64,000 nucleotides of DNA, from contig JBBSHM010000001.1 of assembly GCA_038253125.1 (NCBI GenBank), positions 28,094 through 92,093 of the forward strand, written 5' to 3'. Under the pieces are notes generated by a model. It saw only the letters and a list, made by a program, of their open reading frames with translations, was not told the DNA's origin and searched no databases. Positions 8,363 through 17,800 of the stretch are shown in pieces (position 1 is the first letter of the stretch; each line of letters starts with the position of its first letter). The position numbers were made by a program, and so were the translations under genes. The stretch is from Acidimicrobiales bacterium (GTDB lineage Bacteria; Actinomycetota; Acidimicrobiia; Acidimicrobiales; JAUJNH01).

Positions 8363-9582
8363 GCGCCTCCGTCGGCCGCCCGTTCGCCGCGGTCCTGCTC
8401 ACATCGGTCCTGGCGGTGGCGCTACTCGGCTGCAGCCGGAGCAGCAGGGTGGCGGGCGAGGGGCGCCTGGACCCGGGCGGAAGGGTCCTGCTCACCGAGC
8501 GGGGCGGCAGGCCTGAGACGGTGGCCCGGTCACGGGACCTGGTGAACGGCGACAGCATCGAGGTGGTCGAGGGCGCGGCCAAGGTCGTCCTCCCGGGCGG
8601 GCAGGTCCTGGAGCTGCAGCCCCGGTCGGTCCTGCTGCTCGACCGGGGGCCCGAGCTGCGCAGCGGCGATCTCCTTGTCACCAGGCCCCGCACCGCCGGC
8701 CCGGCGGCCGGCACCGTGCGGGCGGCGGGCAGTGACGTCGGCGTCACCGGGGCGGCCCGCATCACCGTCACCCCGTCTCTGGGCGTGGTCACCTACCGGG
8801 GGACGACCTCGTTACGCAGTGGCGGACGGACGCTGGAGGTGCCGGCGCTGCGGGCGGCCGACGTCCCGCTCATCGGCCTGCTCCCGGGGCGCCCGGGCCC
8901 GCTCGTGATCGACCGGGCCGACCCCTGGGTGACCCGCTTCCTGGGTGACGAGGCCGAGAACGAGGTGGCGCTCGAGAACCGGTCCCGCGGCTTCACCGAC
9001 CAGGTGAAGGCCATCGACGCCGCGTCCCCGGCCTTCTACCGCAGCCTGCTCCCCGGCCTGGCTGGTCAGGCCGACTTCCAGCAGGCTGCGGTGGACCGGT
9101 TCGGCCGGTCCCAGCCGGACGCCTCCGTGCGGGCCGGCGAGGTGCTCCTCGGATCGGCCACTGCCCTGCAGGGGCGCCGTGGCACCTTCGCCGGCCGGCT
9201 GGTCGACACCGCGGCGTTCCGGGCTGAGGGCGCGTCGTGGGCCGTTGTCGCCGCCGACCAGGACGTCGGAACCGAGGCGCTGCTGAGACTGGTCGACGGG
9301 GCTGTCAACGTGGCTCCGCTCGAGCTTGCCGCGCCCGCTCCGAAGGTGCCCGAGCCTCCGCCCCCCGCACCCCCGTCGACCCGAAGCGCGGCAACGCCCA
9401 GCGCGCCCGTCCCCCGGGTGACGTCGACCACCAGCACCACCCGTCCCGGGCCGCCGGTGAACACCAGGCCCAGCCGGCCGCCGCCCACCTCGCCTCCGCC
9501 CCTGATCACCCTCGACCCGCTCGTCGAAGGCACCGTCGACCCGGTCGTGGCCCTGCTCACCGACCTTCTCGGGGGCCGTTAG
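8359..9582 (+). CDS. putative lipoprotein with FecR-like domain and Pro/Thr-rich tail
   Basis: ATGA start/stop overlap with the kinase gene. Signal peptide with lipobox (AVALLGC). FecR-like pattern GDSIEVVEGAAKVVLPGGQVLELQPRSVLLL. Pro/Ser/Thr-rich C-terminus. Confidence 0.55.
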   Translation: MSASVGRPFAAVLLTSVLAVALLGCSRSSRVAGEGRLDPGGRVLLTERGGRPETVARSRDLVNGDSIEVVEGAAKVVLPGGQVLELQPRSVLLLDRGPELRSGDLLVTRPRTAGPAAGTVRAAGSDVGVTGAARITVTPSLGVVTYRGTTSLRSGGRTLEVPALRAADVPLIGLLPGRPGPLVIDRADPWVTRFLGDEAENEVALENRSRGFTDQVKAIDAASPAFYRSLLPGLAGQADFQQAAVDRFGRSQPDASVRAGEVLLGSATALQGRRGTFAGRLVDTAAFRAEGASWAVVAADQDVGTEALLRLVDGAVNVAPLELAAPAPKVPEPPPPAPPSTRSAATPSAPVPRVTSTTSTTRPGPPVNTRPSRPPPTSPPPLITLDPLVEGTVDPVVALLTDLLGGR

Positions 9583-9640
9583 CCGGTTTGAGCGGATGCG
9601 TGTCCACCACCTGGCGCAAGCGTCTCGGTAACGTTCCAGC

Positions 9641-11893
9641 ATGGCCGACATGCGTGCGGGGCCACGACCTGACGAGGTTGCGGCCAGGACCTTCCCGACA
9701 TCGTTCCGAGGCTTCGACACCACTGCGGTGCGCGACTACCTGGCCGAGGTGGCCTCGGCCCTGGCGGCGGCCACCGCCCGGGAGGAGGCCCTGCGTGACG
9801 ACCTGACCCTCACCCGGGCGAGCCTGGCCAGCCCCGACCTCGACGAGTCGGCTCTCCTGAGCGCCCTCGGCGACGAGGCGGGGCGGGTGCTGCGGTCGGC
9901 CAAGGAGGCGGCAGCCGACATCCGTGGCAAGGCCGACGCCAACGCCGCGGTGGCTCTGGACCAGGCCCACACCGAGGCCGAGCGGGTCAGGGCCGAGGCG
10001 CAGCTGGCGGCCGACCGGCTGCTGCGCGACGCCGAGGGTGTGCTGGCCATCCGGAACGACGAGGCTGACGACTCCACCGCCCGGTTGTACGGCGCCGCCG
10101 AGGAAGAGGCGGCTCGGCTCAGGGAGGCCGGCTTGGTGGAGGCCCGTGCCATGGTCGCCGAGGCGCGGGCGGTTCGCGAGCGGATGCTGGGCGACCTGAA
10201 GCGGCGGGTGCAACGGGGCGAGGCGACGGTCGAGGTGCTCCGCGTCGGGCGCGAGCGCCTGCTTGAGGCCTTTGGCGTGGTGAAGGACCGTCTGGATGAC
10301 GCCTCGCACGCGCTGGCCACCGCCGAGGCCCGGGCCCGCAAGGAGGCCGAGGAGGAGGCCGAGCGGGTGGGCTCCGAGGCGGCCTCGGTGGTCGACCGCC
10401 TGATGCTGATGGAGCCCACGATGCCCGAGCCGGCGGGTACTCCTGACGAAGAGGAGCAGACCGCGGAGCCGGCCGCCGAGGTCGACACCGGTGAGCCGTC
10501 GGGCGAGGTGGCCGAGGTCGTTCCCATCGGAGGCGTCGGTGTCGCCGTCGGCGTGATCGAGGTCGAGGACGACGAGCATGCGCCGACACCGGTGTTCGAC
10601 AGCCCGGCGGCGGCGCCGAGCACCGGCGAGGTGCCAGCGATCGCCGCCACCGGCACCGACTCGAGCGGGGTGGGTCGCCGGCGGCGCCGCATGCTGCGCC
10701 TGGCCGATGAGCCGGCGGTGAGGGCCGAGGAGCAGCGCCTGACCCAGCTGCGCTACCTGCACCGGCCCCGCACCGGTGGCGAGGCCGAGGTCCACCTGCC
10801 CGAGGACGGGATGGTGGTTGTCGAGCCCCCCACCGCCGGTGAGGGCGTGCGGCTGCTGCGCCACGAGGAGGGCCGGCCCGAAGCCCGGGCACCTCAGCCG
10901 GCCGGCACCCCAAGCGTCTCGGAACCGTCGGCCGACGCGCCGACGGCACCGCCTCAAGCTCGCCGAGCTGATCCGGCCGAGTCGCCGTCGCCGTCGCCGT
11001 CGCTGCCGCCGCCGCACGTGGACGGGCCGGTCGACTCGTCGGCCGCACCCCAGCAGGGCCGTGTAGGCGCGCCGCACGACTCCCCGGCCGCACCGCCCCG
11101 GGCCCAGGCGGCCGTCGGGCCCCGGTCCGACGCCGCCGACCTATTCGCCCGGCTGCGGGCGGAGCGCTCGGGCGGGGCCGCCGCAACGCCGACGCAGGTC
11201 GCCGCTGCAGCCCCGGTAGAGGACGACGAGATGCTCCTCCAGGCCCGGGACACCGCGGTGCTGCCGGTTGAGCACCTCCTGGCCAAGAAGGTCAAGCGGG
11301 TGCTCCAGGACCACCAGAACACCGTCCTCGACCGGCTCCGGGCCAAGCGGCCGCCCACCGCTCTCGAGCTCCTGGGCGAGGTCGAGGACCTGCTCGGCCC
11401 GCTGAGCGCGGCGGCCGAGCCGCTGCTGGGCGATGCGGCCAAGGCCGGTGCGGCCTGGGCCGGCTTCCCCGACAGCCCGGTCCCGAGCGCGGACCTGGCC
11501 ACCGACATCGCCGCCAACGTGGTGAAGGACCTCCGCCCCCGCCTCGAGCTGGCCTACTCGGTCGTGGACCCGACCCGCCGGGCCGACCGCGTGAACGTGG
11601 CCTTCCGGGAGTGGCGGGGCGAGCGGGTGGGCCGGCTCGTCGCCGATGCCGCTCACGCCGCCTTCGCCCGCGGTCACTTCGTGGCCACCCCGGCCCGCAC
11701 GCCGCTACGCTGGGTCGCCGACGACGGCGAGCGGCCCTGTGCCGAGTGCGAGGACAACGAGCTGGCCGGGTCCACGCCGAAGGGCACCCCGTTCCCCACC
11801 GGTCACCGGCACCCGCCGGTTCACAGCGGCTGCCGCTGCCTCGTCGTCGGCCTTCCCGCGGGGTCGCCGGCACCGACACCGGACCTCGGGTGA
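9641..11893 (+). CDS. DivIVA-domain protein with long disordered middle and MuF-like Cys/His C-terminus
   Basis: N-terminal DivIVA signature FPTSFRGFDTTAVRDYLAEV followed by coiled-coil. Acidic/Pro-rich centre. C-terminus RWVADDGERPCAECEDNELAGSTPKGTPFPTGHRHPPVHSGCRCLVV resembles the end of the phage Mu F / SPP1 gp7 head-morphogenesis domain (recalled from memory). Confidence 0.65.
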   Translation: MADMRAGPRPDEVAARTFPTSFRGFDTTAVRDYLAEVASALAAATAREEALRDDLTLTRASLASPDLDESALLSALGDEAGRVLRSAKEAAADIRGKADANAAVALDQAHTEAERVRAEAQLAADRLLRDAEGVLAIRNDEADDSTARLYGAAEEEAARLREAGLVEARAMVAEARAVRERMLGDLKRRVQRGEATVEVLRVGRERLLEAFGVVKDRLDDASHALATAEARARKEAEEEAERVGSEAASVVDRLMLMEPTMPEPAGTPDEEEQTAEPAAEVDTGEPSGEVAEVVPIGGVGVAVGVIEVEDDEHAPTPVFDSPAAAPSTGEVPAIAATGTDSSGVGRRRRRMLRLADEPAVRAEEQRLTQLRYLHRPRTGGEAEVHLPEDGMVVVEPPTAGEGVRLLRHEEGRPEARAPQPAGTPSVSEPSADAPTAPPQARRADPAESPSPSPSLPPPHVDGPVDSSAAPQQGRVGAPHDSPAAPPRAQAAVGPRSDAADLFARLRAERSGGAAATPTQVAAAAPVEDDEMLLQARDTAVLPVEHLLAKKVKRVLQDHQNTVLDRLRAKRPPTALELLGEVEDLLGPLSAAAEPLLGDAAKAGAAWAGFPDSPVPSADLATDIAANVVKDLRPRLELAYSVVDPTRRADRVNVAFREWRGERVGRLVADAAHAAFARGHFVATPARTPLRWVADDGERPCAECEDNELAGSTPKGTPFPTGHRHPPVHSGCRCLVVGLPAGSPAPTPDLG

Positions 11894-11914
11894 CCCGGCC
11901 GTAGGCTCCCGGCC

Positions 11915-14900
11915 ATGAACATCCCAGCCGACCTGCCCCGGCGTGGGAGTTCGCGCCCCGCCGGGAGCCGCCGCCGCAACGTGCTGCTGGCGGCGGCCGG
12001 GGCGGTGGTGTTCCTGCTGCTGTTCTCGAGCGGGATCGCCGGCTTCTACACCGACTACCTGTGGTTCGACGACCTCGGCGTGGCCCAGGTGTTCACAGGG
12101 GTGCTCAAGGCGCGCCTCGTCCTCGTCGTCGTCTTCCTGGCCGCCGCCTACCTGCTGGTGTGGGGCAACCTCCGCATCGCCGAGCGGCTGAGCCCGATGG
12201 GGCCCAGGCGGGGTCCCGAGGACGACGTGGTGCAGCGCTACCGCGACGCCATCGGCAGCCACGGCGGCAAGGTTCGCCTGGCGATCGCCGCCACCCTCGC
12301 CCTGCTCCTGGCCGGTGGGGTGGGCAGCCGGTGGGAGCAGTTCCTGCTGTTCCGCAACCAGGTTGCGTTCGGGACGAAGGACCCGCAGTTCCACCGCGAC
12401 ATCAGCTTCTACGTCTTCGACCTGCCGTTCCGCACCTTCGTCGTCAACTGGCTGCTGTTCGCCCTGATCCTCACCACCCTGGTCACCACCGCCTTCCACT
12501 ACCTGAACGGCGGGATCCGCCTGCAGGTGGCCCAGCAGCGGGGGGCGAGCCCGCAGGTAAAGGCCCACATCTCGGTGCTGCTGGCCGGCATCGCCTTTGT
12601 CAAGGCCTACAGCTACTGGCTGGAGCGCTTCGAGCTCGTGTACTCGCGCCGCGGCTTCGCCCAGGGCGCCTTCTACACCGACGTGAAGGCGAGGCTGCCA
12701 GCCCTCGGCCTCCTCACGCTCATCTCGGTGGCGGCGGGCATCCTGCTGCTGGCCAACATCTACCGGCGCGGCTTCGCCCTGCCGGCGGTGAGCACCGGCC
12801 TGTGGCTGTTCGTCACGGTGCTGGTGGGCTCGGCCTATCCGGCCATCATCCAGCAGTTCCGGGTGAAGCCGGCCGAGAACCGTCTCGAGACGCCCTACAT
12901 CCAGCGGAACATCGACGCCACCCGGGCCGCGTTCGGTCTCAACGTCGAGGTGAGGGACTTCGACTACACCGAGGCGCCCGGGGCCGTAACCGGGGCGTCG
13001 CTGCAGGACGACGCCGCCACCGTCCGCAACATCCGGCTGTGGGACCCGAACGAGAAGCTGGCCCGCGTCACCTGGCAGCAGCAGCAGAGCTTCCGGCCCT
13101 ACTACCAGGTGCTCGACGTGGACGTGGACCGCTACCCGCTCAAGGGCCAGCCCACCCAGGTCGTCGTTGCCACCCGCGAGCTCAAGCCCTCGGACCTGCC
13201 CTCGTCCAACTGGGTCAACCAGCACCTGGCCTACACCCACGGCTACGGCGCCATCATCGCTCCCGCCAACGCCGCCACCCCCGACGGTTTCCCCGCCTAC
13301 TCGCTGAAGGACCTCCCGCCCACGGGCGAGCCACAGCTGGAACAGCCCCGCATCTACGTCGGTGAGCAGGGCGACCAGAGCGCCGCCAACGACTACGCCA
13401 TCGTGCGCACCAAGCAGCCGGAGATCGACTTCCAGCGCCCGACCGGGGGCGACGAGACCTCAAGCTACGCCGGCACGACGGGGGTGAAGCTGGACTCCGC
13501 CGCTCGTCGCCTGGCCTTCGCCGTTCGCTACCGCGAGGTCAACGTCATCACCTCGCCGCTCATCACCAGTGAGAGCAAGGTGCTGTACGTGAGGGGCATC
13601 AAGGAGCGGGTCCGAAAGGTCGCCCCCTTCCTCACCCTCGACAACGACCCCTACGCGGTGGTCACCCCCGACAAGCGGATCGTCTGGATCCTCGATGCCT
13701 ACACCACTTCCAGCCGCTACCCCTACAGCCAGAGCGTCGGCGCCATCGGCAACCTCACCGGGGTCAACTACGCCAGGAACTCGGTGAAGGTCGCCGTTGA
13801 CGCCTATGACGGCACCGTCACCCTTTACGCCGTCGATGGCAAGGACCCAGTCCTGAAGGCCTACTCCAAGACCTTCCCGGGGCTGTTCACCGACCCGACC
13901 AAGCTGACTGGTGACCAGGCCACCAGGTACAGCGACCTGGAGACGCACTTCCGCTACCCGGAGGACCTCTTCGCCCTCCAGGCCAACCTGCTCGGGCGCT
14001 ACCACATCACCAACCCGAACGAGTTCTTCTCGGCCACCGACCGGTGGAACGTGAGCCCCGACCCCGGTGTGCAGGCCACGAGGCCGACGGCGGTTCCCGT
14101 CGCCCCCTCGGCCACGGGAACGCCGCGGCCCGGAGGGCTCGGACTGACCAACCTGTCGTCGGGTGAGGACGGCCGGATCCCGCCCACCTACCAGCTGCAA
14201 CGCTTCCCGGGCGAGGACCAGTTGCGGTTCGGCGTCACCGTGCCCTACGTGCCGTATGACCGCGGCGACCTGAGGTTGCAGCTGACGGCCTTCCTCACGG
14301 CCCGGTCGGATCCGGGTGAGTACGGCAAGCTGGTCCTGTACAGGACGCCACCGGGCCAGCAGATCAACGGGCCGTCGCTGGTCGCCTCGAACATCCTGGC
14401 CGATAGCACCATCTCCCAGCAGATATCGCTGCTGAACCAGGAAGGGAGCTCTGTCCTGTTCGGCAACATCCTGCTCGTGCCGATCGAGAAGTCGATCATC
14501 TACGTGCGCCCGCTGTATGTGGAGGCCAACACCAACCCGGTGCCGAAGCTGGTGAAGGTGATCGCCGTCTACGGCAACAGGGCGGTCATGAGGGACACGC
14601 TGGCGGCGGCGCTGACCGAGCTGTTCCCAGGCACTGCGCCACCGACGCTCGAGCAGGGCGGCGGCGGCACCACAACGCCTACGACGGGGGCGGGTCCCCC
14701 GGCGCCGCCGGTCCCCGGCGGAAACGTCGCCAGTCTCATCGGCCGGGCCGATACCGCCGTCGCCGCCGCCCAGGCCGCTCTCCAGAAGGGCGACCTGGCC
14801 GAGTACCAGCGCAGGGTCAACGAGGCCGCCGATCTGGTCCGCCAGGCGGGCCAGCTCTCCGGCGCACCCCCGCCGACAGGCGGGACGGCGTCACCCGGGC

Positions 14901-14989
14901 CCGTCGCCGGCGCTCCGCCCGGCGCGGCGGTGACCACCACGACGTCCACCCCGGCTCCCGCCCCGACGACAACGACCGCCTCCGGCTGA
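11915..14989 (+). CDS. UPF0182 family large membrane protein (Rv3193c-like)
   Basis: 1024-aa ORF. N-terminal multi-TM region begins ...GIAGFYTDYLWFDDLGV..., typical of UPF0182. Gly/Pro/Thr-rich tail. Confidence 0.85.
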   Translation: MNIPADLPRRGSSRPAGSRRRNVLLAAAGAVVFLLLFSSGIAGFYTDYLWFDDLGVAQVFTGVLKARLVLVVVFLAAAYLLVWGNLRIAERLSPMGPRRGPEDDVVQRYRDAIGSHGGKVRLAIAATLALLLAGGVGSRWEQFLLFRNQVAFGTKDPQFHRDISFYVFDLPFRTFVVNWLLFALILTTLVTTAFHYLNGGIRLQVAQQRGASPQVKAHISVLLAGIAFVKAYSYWLERFELVYSRRGFAQGAFYTDVKARLPALGLLTLISVAAGILLLANIYRRGFALPAVSTGLWLFVTVLVGSAYPAIIQQFRVKPAENRLETPYIQRNIDATRAAFGLNVEVRDFDYTEAPGAVTGASLQDDAATVRNIRLWDPNEKLARVTWQQQQSFRPYYQVLDVDVDRYPLKGQPTQVVVATRELKPSDLPSSNWVNQHLAYTHGYGAIIAPANAATPDGFPAYSLKDLPPTGEPQLEQPRIYVGEQGDQSAANDYAIVRTKQPEIDFQRPTGGDETSSYAGTTGVKLDSAARRLAFAVRYREVNVITSPLITSESKVLYVRGIKERVRKVAPFLTLDNDPYAVVTPDKRIVWILDAYTTSSRYPYSQSVGAIGNLTGVNYARNSVKVAVDAYDGTVTLYAVDGKDPVLKAYSKTFPGLFTDPTKLTGDQATRYSDLETHFRYPEDLFALQANLLGRYHITNPNEFFSATDRWNVSPDPGVQATRPTAVPVAPSATGTPRPGGLGLTNLSSGEDGRIPPTYQLQRFPGEDQLRFGVTVPYVPYDRGDLRLQLTAFLTARSDPGEYGKLVLYRTPPGQQINGPSLVASNILADSTISQQISLLNQEGSSVLFGNILLVPIEKSIIYVRPLYVEANTNPVPKLVKVIAVYGNRAVMRDTLAAALTELFPGTAPPTLEQGGGGTTTPTTGAGPPAPPVPGGNVASLIGRADTAVAAAQAALQKGDLAEYQRRVNEAADLVRQAGQLSGAPPPTGGTASPGPVAGAPPGAAVTTTTSTPAPAPTTTTASG

Positions 14990-15054
14990 TCGGGCACGGG
15001 GTAGCGGCGGCTGAGGCTGGGAGTGCGCTGGCGTCGAGGCGATGCGGCCGCTCT

Positions 15055-15531
15055 CTAGGAGGCCCGGCGACGGGCATCCAGGACGTCGGCGAGCTCAAGG
15101 AGCTCCTCGGCCAGCTCGACCAGGCGGTCAGGGTCCTGGGCCAGCTCGGCCGCCTGGACGGCCCGAGCCGCCGCCTTGGCCGCCCGGTCGGCTTCGTCCT
15201 TGATCTCGGCCACCTCGGAGCGCAGCTCCAGGGCCAGCCGGCCGAGGTCGGATGACACCCGTGACGAGTGGAGCCGGACATCCAGCAGGTCGCTGTGTGT
15301 GGGAAGGTCGAGGTGGGCGTCCTCCTGCTCGCTCGAGCGCCGTTCCAGCTGGCCGATCCGGTCCTCGAGCTGGGCGGCGTGGAAGGCCAGGGCGGCGACG
15401 TAGCGCTCGACCCGAGCCGCCGGCGGGTTCGCCACCAAGGCGGACGTGGCCGGCGGCAGGATCCGAACCGCCTCGTCCTCGACGGCGGGAGCCAAGCTGG
15501 AGGCCGCCCGACGGCGGCGACGGAACCACAT
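15055..15531 (-). CDS. hypothetical coiled-coil protein
   Basis: 158-aa ORF, Ala/Glu/Leu/Arg-rich heptad-like sequence with good GC3. No family recognised. Confidence 0.4.
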   Translation of the reverse strand: MWFRRRRRAASSLAPAVEDEAVRILPPATSALVANPPAARVERYVAALAFHAAQLEDRIGQLERRSSEQEDAHLDLPTHSDLLDVRLHSSRVSSDLGRLALELRSEVAEIKDEADRAAKAAARAVQAAELAQDPDRLVELAEELLELADVLDARRRAS

Positions 15532-15595
15532 GCACCTCTAACCTACCGAGCCCGTCTGGACAGTTGGTGGACCCGTGCTATCGTCGTCCCCCTCG

Positions 15596-15672
<77 letters not shown>

Positions 15673-15686
15673 ACAAAAGTGCAGGT

Positions 15687-15712
15687 CAGGGCCGGTGCGC
15701 AAGCACCGGCCC
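15687..15712 (+). terminator. 11-bp GC-rich hairpin with GCAA loop just after tRNA-fMet
   Basis: agggccggtgc-gcaa-gcaccggccct is perfectly paired. The weak T-tract (ctctgcgttc) makes terminator function uncertain. Confidence 0.4.
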
Positions 15713-16278
15713 TCTGCGTTCCGGGCCGGGCTTATAACGCTTCTTCTAACGCAATGCCGTGGACCGGCCGCTGACGGGCGCGAACCTGTCGCCCCGAACA
15801 GGCCCCCGAACAGCGTGAGGCTGCGGCTGCGGCGGCGCCCAGGCTAGGCTCGCTCGAGACCCGCAGTCCTCGCCAAAGCCTGGTGGACGAATCGTCCTTC
15901 CAGCCCTCCGAGCACGGTCGCATGCGCTGTCCGGGCTTCCCGCTCACGCCGATGAACCAACCTGGGCAGCCACAGAGGTGCAGCGCAGCCGCGTGCCCGT
16001 CGTCCGCCCCTCGATCGTGGCGGATCGTGGCGTATTCTCCGTGAGTCGAGTCTCACCTGCGCGCCCTTGTAGGGTTTCGTTCAGTTCGTTGGCTGTGTCT
16101 AGTTCGTAGGCCGCTTCACTGCGCAAGCCACCGATGAATACCAGTCAGCTCCTCGACAGTCTTGAAGCCGTTGAGCTCCGCCGGTCGGTCGTCGCCCTCC
16201 GAGCCGCGATGCTTTGAATCGAACGTTGCACGAACCAGGGTCGCGATCCTGATCAAATGCGGGGGCCGTCGTCGGCCA

Positions 16279-16630
16279 TCACGCGCTCTGTCTTTTGCGG
16301 CGGGGCGCCAGTGTCCGGTTGTGCCAGCGCGCTTCGTTCTTGCGCATCCAGCCAATGATTACCTCGCCCTCGGCGGCCATGCGGGCGTTGCCGGTGAGGG
16401 AGTCGAGCGCGAGCCGGGGCAGTTGACACGTAGGTGACAACGCCGGAGTCGATGGTGTCCTCGAAGACGAGCGGGTCGTAGGGGACGGCCAGCAAGACGT
16501 TGGCGCCGCGGGTGGTGGGACGGAGGCGCCCGGCTCGTGCGAGCCGTTCCGGATCGGTGGTGTAGATGACGCCGATCTCGGCTGCGGCCACCGGGGCGAG
16601 GCGGGATGCGGCGATGGAGCCCGTGACCAC
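16279..16630 (-). pseudogene. frameshifted, 5'-truncated remnant of a putative AbiEi-like (type IV TA antitoxin / regulator) gene
   Basis: Frame A reads ...GVIYTTDPERLARAGRLRPTTRGANVLLAVPYDPLVFEDTIDSGVV. Continuity resumes in the +1 frame as LSPTCQLPRLALDSLTGNARMAAEGEVIIGWMRKNEARW-stop. The N-terminal wHTH part is missing because the HAD gene starts at 16724. Family assignment is from memory and weak. Confidence 0.3.
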
Positions 16631-16723
16631 CCACTTTGCGCTTCTACCAGCGTGAGGTGCTCACGGCTCTGGCGCACCCTCTTGGGCAGCTTCGCCGGCT
16701 GCGCCAGCGGGTAGGCGGGCGCG

Positions 16724-17395
16724 ATGGCTCCCGCCCGCCCGGCCGCCCTCGCCTTCGACGTCGTCGAGACCCTCTTCTCCCTGGCGCCCGTCCGTCGCCG
16801 GCTGGCCGAGCTCACCGGCGACGGGTCACTCCTGGACCTGTGGTTCGCCTGGATGCTCCGGGACGCCTTCGCCATCGGGTGCGCCGGCGGCTACGTCACG
16901 TTCTCCCGCCTGGCCCGGGCGACGCTGGGCCAGTTGGTGCCCGACGCCACCGATGTCGCCCTTGACCACGTCGTCGAGGGCTTCAGCCTGCTCGAGCCGC
17001 ATCCCGATGCCGCCGCCGCCTTGGAGGCGGCGGCCGCCGAGGTCCCGGTGGTCACGCTCACCAACGGGAGCGCCGACAGCACCGGTGAGCTCCTCCGTCG
17101 GGCGGGGCTCGACCGGCACGTCAGCGAGGTGATCAGCGTCGAGGAGGTCCAGGCCTGGAAGCCGCGGCCCCAGGCGTATCGGCACGCCGCCGCCCGCCTC
17201 GACCTCGAGCCGGCGAGGTTGGCCCTCGTCGCCGTCCACGGCTGGGACGTGCACGGCGCCAAGTCCGCCGGGTGCAGCACCGGCTGGTGCGCACGGCTGG
17301 AGGGTCGCCTCTCGACCATGTTCAACGTGCCGGACGTGTCGGGGCACGACCTCCTCACCGTCGTCGAGCGCCTGCTCGCCCTGCCCGGCCCCTGA
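16724..17395 (+). CDS. HAD-superfamily hydrolase, haloacid dehalogenase type II-like
   Basis: Motif I FDVVETLFSL, TNGS motif (VVTLTNGSADS), conserved KP (WKPRPQAY), and VAVHGWDVHGAKSAG near the C-terminus. Confidence 0.75.
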   Translation: MAPARPAALAFDVVETLFSLAPVRRRLAELTGDGSLLDLWFAWMLRDAFAIGCAGGYVTFSRLARATLGQLVPDATDVALDHVVEGFSLLEPHPDAAAALEAAAAEVPVVTLTNGSADSTGELLRRAGLDRHVSEVISVEEVQAWKPRPQAYRHAAARLDLEPARLALVAVHGWDVHGAKSAGCSTGWCARLEGRLSTMFNVPDVSGHDLLTVVERLLALPGP

Positions 17396-17445
17396 CGGAG
17401 CCGGGGGGCGCGGGTCGGGGTGCCCCGCGGCGGCCGGTCGGGTAG

Positions 17446-17765
17446 CTACACGGGGGTGCCGGAGGCGGCCCCCGGCGGGGTCGTGGCGGGGTCGGTGCCC
17501 GCCCGGCGAGCAACCCCCAAGGCGCCGGCGGCGAGGAGGAGGGCGCCCCCAGCCCAGTAGACCGCGGTGAGCCCAACCGGTCGGGACGCCGCCGCCGATG
17601 CCGACGCTGACCAGCCGGCAGGACTGCCAGACTACGTCGTGGAAGACGAAGACCGGCCGCGGATGAGATCGGGCCACTCGGACGCTGTTGGGGATGCGCG
17701 ACGAAGGCGGCGGACGCCAGGAACGTGGCCGCGTTCACGGCCAAGCCCCGGCCGCCGATGCTGGC
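17446..17765 (-). pseudogene. remnant of an MFS-type transporter gene (pieces in three frames)
   Basis: Fragments: IGGRGLAVNAATFLASAAFV (frame 1), VSVGIGGGVPTGW (frame 2), and the C-terminal TM piece GLTAVYWAGGALLLAAGALGVARRAG...stop (frame 3). Far too short for an intact 12-TM transporter. Confidence 0.4.
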
Positions 17766-17800
17766 TCACCTGCCGGGCAGGGCCGCTCGAGCCGCCGTCA

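Noticed and set aside
15673-16280. Integrase gene or att direct repeat next to tRNA-fMet, which would define a mobile island.
   Set aside because: No tyrosine- or serine-recombinase motifs were seen in any frame, and I could not spot a repeat of the tRNA 3' end downstream. Only broken short ORFs are present, so no mobile_element feature is called.
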